Below, one piece after another: positions 58,380 to 64,000 of a stretch of 64,000 bases of DNA. This stretch comes from the human T2T-CHM13v2.0 reference genome, Homo sapiens: the NCBI RefSeq assembly GCF_009914755.1, contig NC_060934.1; one strand, written 5' to 3'. Numbering within the stretch: position 1 is the stretch's first letter; each line of letters opens with the position of its first letter. A program made the translations under genes and the position numbers. The notes beneath the pieces were generated by a model. The model made no database searches and was not told where the DNA came from. It saw only the letters and a program-made list of their open reading frames with translations.

Positions 58380-58940
58380 TGGCTCAAAGCTGTGCAATTA
58401 CTTCCCATTGCTCTGAGGACAAAAGTAAACTCTTCAGCATGACCTACAAAGCCCCGTATGTTTTGGCTCCACGTATGGCCCTGCCCTGGCCTCTCTCTCA
58501 CTCTGCGCCTCCTGGCTCACTCTGTTCTACTTACATTGGCCTTTGTTAATCTTTCATTCTCAGAGAATCATTGCACAGGAAGTTCCTTCTGCCTAGAAGC
58601 CTCCTCCCTCTCTTCTTTGCCTGGCATATTCACCTTTCATTCATCAGCCCAAGTCCCTCTTTCTCTAAGAAGCTTTCCCTGACCCACCTGACCAGGTGAA
58701 ATCCCTCTTTTTTAGCTATCCTAACACCAGTCGCCTTTCTGTATCACCCGCTTTATGGTAATTTTACATGTGTTTGTGCCATTTGATTAATGACTCTCCC
58801 CACCACCCTCTAACTCTCATGGGGTAAAAAACTATGCCTATTTTGTTCATCATTGTGTCCCTAACAGCTAGCACAGCGTCTGGCACATAGTAGGTCCATA
58901 ATAAACATACGTTAAAGAATTGAACAAATTAATGAAATGA
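58380..58940. mobile_element. L2 3' fragment
   Basis: cttcccattgctctgaggacaaaa...aagctttccctgaccc...agcacagcgtctggcacatagtagg...gaattgaa. Confidence 0.7.
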
Positions 58941-60460
58941 ACTAGGACTCCTCAGAAATTCACTTTTCCTTCCCAGTCTCCTGAGCTTCTGACCACAAGC
59001 CTGTTGGAGTCTTCCCCAACTTCCAGTCTCCTGAAGAGGCAAAGCTCTCCCTGCTCAGCTGGGTATAGCCCTGGAGTTCAACCCTGTCATCACCTGGGAA
59101 GCTCCATCCAGTTCTCTCTCCTTAGGCTTCCCTCTTGTGTCACCTCCTAAACTGCCTTTCTCTGCCTACTTTTCTCTGAAATAACCCAATGCTTTCCTCT
59201 CTCCTCCCCTATCATTTCCTCTCATGTCACTTATTTGTTAATTCATCACAAATTTACAACTTTAGGCCCCATTAATAAATTGCACGTGCATGAAACTAGA
59301 GTTGAGCTATTCATTACGATTACTATTTTTGCCCAGTCCTCCAGCCTCTAAACATTGAACCATCTTAGAAAGCAGAGTTGTGTGTCAATAAATTCTGAAT
59401 GAGCCTTCTAATCACAGTTGTAATTTTTACCTTTAGAATCTCTAAAAATGTTTGTAAATAAATAACAGATTCTCCCTGCCCCCAAAATACATGTATTTAA
59501 ATGCCATGTGCTAAATACATAATGAATTTTTAAAGAATTCTTCGAGGATATGAGCAGATTATATTTTTATTAGTGAATTAAAGTTCTTTTCTCTCTCCTA
59601 TAAATCCAAATATAAAAATCAACATTGTCATGTTTAATTATAGTTCCTCAAATTCTGTGGCATTTAAATACCCAATGAAATAATAACATTTTTGACGGGC
59701 AGACTTGTTCTGCGGCTGATGTTAACAGGTGTAACCAATATTCACAGTTTATGAGCTACAACAAGGAGGGAGCTTGGTCATTTAATTAAAGTAAATTATG
59801 CATCTCTTGAGTCATGTCTGAGAAGTGGAACTGGGCACAAAGGAAACTAGATGGATAAAAGTGAGTAAGTCAGTGCAGATCTGTTACCCTATTGGGAAAA
59901 AAAACCAAAAACCATCTCAAGCTTCATCTTCTACTCCTCATATGACTGCATCTCTATACCAACTACATCTTTCTTTATTCAAGAAAATTGCTGTCTGCCA
60001 AGATTCATCCAAGCATGAAGAAATTCATCAAGGTGAAAATGGGCTTAAATTCTCAACAAGTATCTTCTGTGTGTGTCAGCTTCTGGATGCAAACTTTTAG
60101 GATCTGTTTTTCAACACACCACCAGAGGAGTACTTAAAAATCAGTAAGTCAGAAAGATAAATCCAAAAACACAAACTCCTCTTTTAAAAAAAGGAGAAAA
60201 AAATATTAGAAGGGGTGTTTTTTAATATTCAGAATTTTTTTGCTCCCTTCAGAAAAGTCTTAGTTAAGGTTAAATTATTTTTCTAAATCAACATTGCATG
60301 GATTATGTTACCATTGATTAACTATTTTTGCTAGCTTTCTTCTTGCTGTACTTCAGTTATAGTATTGGATGTATGTTGAACATGTCAATTACAGAATACA
60401 AACCAAAGGCTTTTTTTGTTTTTATTTCTTTTCAACATCTCACTGGCCTGGCAAGAGTCA

Positions 60461-60625
<165 letters not shown>

Positions 60626-61727
60626 CTAAAAATTAAGAAAAGGATTCTTTACTAATAAAGCATTTCAATTCAAAATTTATTCAGATGGCCATCTCAAAAA
60701 GTTTAGTTTGTGCTTTTTGTTTTTCCGGTACCCATGACATCTTTTCCTGTGGGATACATCTGATTACTGAATGCGGCTTTCCATGGAGCAGAACAGAGAA
60801 CTCGGTCCAGTGTAAAGGAAAAGCTAGGGAAGGGCTCCTGGGAGTCAACAAAGGTGAAATGTACACAGCAGAGCTCATCAGAAGACAGATTCTTATACCC
60901 ACTTAGTTTTTGGAAAAAAAGATACACTGAGATATAAACTTAGGACTGAATTTACTATGAAAATTGATAGTTATCCCTTAATCATCTACCATGTGTACGA
61001 TTATCCATTTTGTGGTTTGTTCATAGGAAAACTCTTAACCACATGGCTGTTTTTCATGTTCCTTCATGCGCATAGTCTAGAAGAATGCATATAACTCAAT
61101 TTTATTCTTCAAATATGTGAATACTTATCAGGTAATAGATGTCAGCTTCCAAGGGTTGTGGGAGATGTGAACTCTTAGGGCCTCATAATCAAAGATGGAC
61201 AGAAATATGCACAAATAAATATAAGGCAAAACAGAAGGTGGTAATTGGAATACCAATCAAATCAGTAAGAGGAGAGGGAGCCCAAGAGAAAGAAAGGAGG
61301 TTAGTTTCCACTTATGCAAGGCACTGTACCTAAATAAGAACACTTTTTGTTTTTCTAATATGAAGGCATTTATATTTTCTGTAAAAAAATTTTAGAAACT
61401 AGAGAGGAACATAACGATAGAATTTTAAATTGCCCATTATTATATTAAATGGTCCAGAGTTAACTGTTGACATTTTGTTGTATTTTCTTCCAGTCTTCTT
61501 AAATGCATAAATGTGGAATTTTGAAATGTAGAATGATATTGCATATGCAATATCATATCTTGCTTTTTTCAGTTCAGAAACGTATATTTAGAATATGTAC
61601 ATTTTTCCATGCAATTCAATATTTTTAAACATATGATTGTAATGGCTGCATGGCTTAGTATTGAGTGGAACTACTCTGATGTATTTAGCTAAGCCCTGCC
61701 TTTTGAACATTTCATGGTTTTTGAGGG

Positions 61728-62047
61728 TTTTGTTTTTGTTTTTGTTTTTCTGTGAGACAGGATCTTGCTTTGCCACCTAGGCGGGAGTGCAGTGGCACAA
61801 TCCTAGCTCACTGCAGCCTTGACTTCCTGGTCTCAAGCGATCCTTCAACTTCAGCCTCCAAAGTAGCTGGGACTACAAACATGTGCCACCACACCTGGAT
61901 AATTTTTTACTTGTTATTATTTTGTGTAGAGATGCGGGGGTCTTGCTATGTTGCCTAGGCAGGTCTTGAACTCCTGGTCTCAAACTATCCTTCCACCTTG
62001 GCCTCCCAAAATGCTGGGATTCCAGACATGAGCCACTGCACATGGCC
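61728..62047 (-). mobile_element. AluJ with (TTTTTG)n tail
   Basis: Diverged antisense Alu dimer. Confidence 0.92.
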
Positions 62048-62371
62048 CGTTTCAAGTTTTAAACTTTTCATTTTTATAAATAATATTGCCTGAACCTGCT
62101 CATTCATAAATTTTTGTCAACATTTCCAAATTTGTCCTTTGCCTACATTTCTAAAAATAGAATTCCTGGCATAAAAAGTATTAATGCTTTTCATATTGCG
62201 CTATCAAATTGTGTTCTAATAAGACAATAATAACTTAAACTTTCTGATCAACATTTGTTTTCTTTTTTAATCTTGGTCAGTTTGACAGACAAAAACAAGG
62301 ATCTTTATGTTTTAATTTAATTTGCTATCAATAGAATCCATAGGCTTGTGCTTCTGAATCTCCAGCAGAGC

Positions 62372-63281
62372 TTTTTGTTTGTTTGTTTGTTTTTAAGGTG
62401 TTTGTTTGTTTAGTGTTTCTGGAAATAATTTATAAACAGATTTCAGACATGAGAAATCACAGGTTCAAATTATTAATGTACAAATATTAATATTTGGAGA
62501 AAATAAAAATATTAAATGCTAACATTAGAAACATTTGAAAGTGGAAAATGCAAACCAAAAACTTCTACTGATAAAATCTATTAATCTAATGTATCCACTA
62601 AAGTCTTTTTCATGGTTTTTATGATACCAGAAAATCCCAGCAGGCTGGCTGAGGCCCTCCTCTTCTGCAAAGCGGAGATAAAAGTGTCTCCTCAGCCTTG
62701 CCCATGGGCTAACGTCTCCTCCCTCAGTTTCCTAACGAGCGCACCTCTTAAAAGAGCGCAGGAACCCACAGACATCTGTCTTCTGGCACTACCACTCACT
62801 GCAACTCCACATATCTGGTTTCACAGCAGTGATCTACAGAGATCCTATTATAGTCCACGATGTTGCATATCTGTTCCATTCAGCACAGGCATGACTTGCT
62901 TTTAATCGCAACCAAACCAAAAATAGTAAGCATAAATAAAAAAGTCCAGTAATGATCAATTTTCTGATAATACATTGTTACTCCTGATGAGCTAGTCTCC
63001 AAATGACTTAGAAGGGGCAAGGGGGGATTTCCAGTGTTTTCTCGCCTTGAATGCATATAAGTGGGTACAGGACAGTCATAATGATTGCAAAAAAATGGCT
63101 TAATATTTATTCAGTGTAATTTAAATATTGCCTTCACTACGATGCAAATGCTAGATGTTCAGAAAGGGCTCCACAAGGATTTTCACAGCAATACACACAT
63201 ATTCTTCTCTTTCTTGGTCCTGAAGGCTCCAAAGTAGCTAATATTGCATCTTTAAATATATTCTTTACACCTTTTTGTGTG
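62372..63281 (-). pseudogene. 5'-truncated, diverged CDC42 retrocopy (C-terminal codons + 3'UTR + degenerate poly(A))
   Basis: Minus strand reads TQKGVKNIFKDAILATLEPSGPRKRRICV versus CDC42 [29 protein letters not shown]. Colinear blocks matching the recalled CDC42 3'UTR follow (gagccctttctg.aca, taaaagcaag.catgc.tgtg, gc.agaagacaga..tctgtgg, tttctcatgtct, taaacaaacaaa), then an (AAAC)n tail at 62372-62394. Confidence 0.8.
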
Positions 63282-63784
63282 ACTTCAAGTAACCTCTGGC
63301 TCATGAGCTTATTTGTCCTTGGTAAATTTCTCAATAGTACTCTTTCATTCTACAAGAACACTATAGGATCCTCTGGAGATCAGGACATTAATATAGCAGG
63401 TAAAAATCTAACTAATGAAACAGCATTTCTTTTCCAAGAAATCTTTGCCATTGCTTCTGTGTTAGTAATGAGAAAGAGGGGAGAGGAAGAAAGAGGAGGA
63501 TGAAGAGAGGAAGAAGGAAAAGAAAGAAGCTCTATCCAGCCAAATAAGTGAACCAGAGGTAAAAAGACATAATTTATCACAAATTATGCCTGCTGATTGA
63601 ACTATGTTTTATTTTGCTGTTTAGCCTAATAAAATGTCCTTGGTATGTGTCAGTCTTTCTAAAGTAGGCTAAGATAATTGTTCGTATTAGGAGCTGCAAG
63701 CAATTTAAAAAATGACATGCACCACTTCTAGTGATTCAAAGAGAAAAGAATTATCATGAACAATTACACTCTCCATTCATGTCA

Positions 63785-64000
<216 letters not shown>

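Overview
Human (or great-ape) genomic DNA, AT-rich and repeat-dense, recognisable as part of the acid-lipase cluster on chr10q23.31. It holds three genes: the last five coding exons of LIPN (+, 739-10188), the complete 9-coding-exon LIPM gene (+, 34843-52433, 1272 nt CDS = 423 aa), and coding exons 2-6 of ANKRD22 (-, 54901-63985). The 3' region of ANKRD22 converges on, and probably overlaps, the last LIPM exon. All exon boundaries were read from GT-AG sites with the reading frame kept open. There are two retrocopies on the minus strand. One is an RCBTB2 processed pseudogene (about 16117-18970) that lacks one 36-codon block, possibly a fossil exon-skipped isoform. The other is an old 5'-truncated CDC42 retrocopy (about 62372-63281) inside ANKRD22 intron 2. 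Repeats include Alus, three L1 insertions with twin-priming 5' inversions, MLT1, THE1 and MER41-type LTRs, hAT MITEs, L2 and MIR. I found no convincing wholly new biological system. The best leads are the CDC42 retrocopy, the RCBTB2 exon-skip fossil, the LIPM/ANKRD22 sense-antisense overlap, and the LIPM 5' uORF and alternative-splice architecture. Gene and repeat-family identities rest on recalled sequences, not on database searches.
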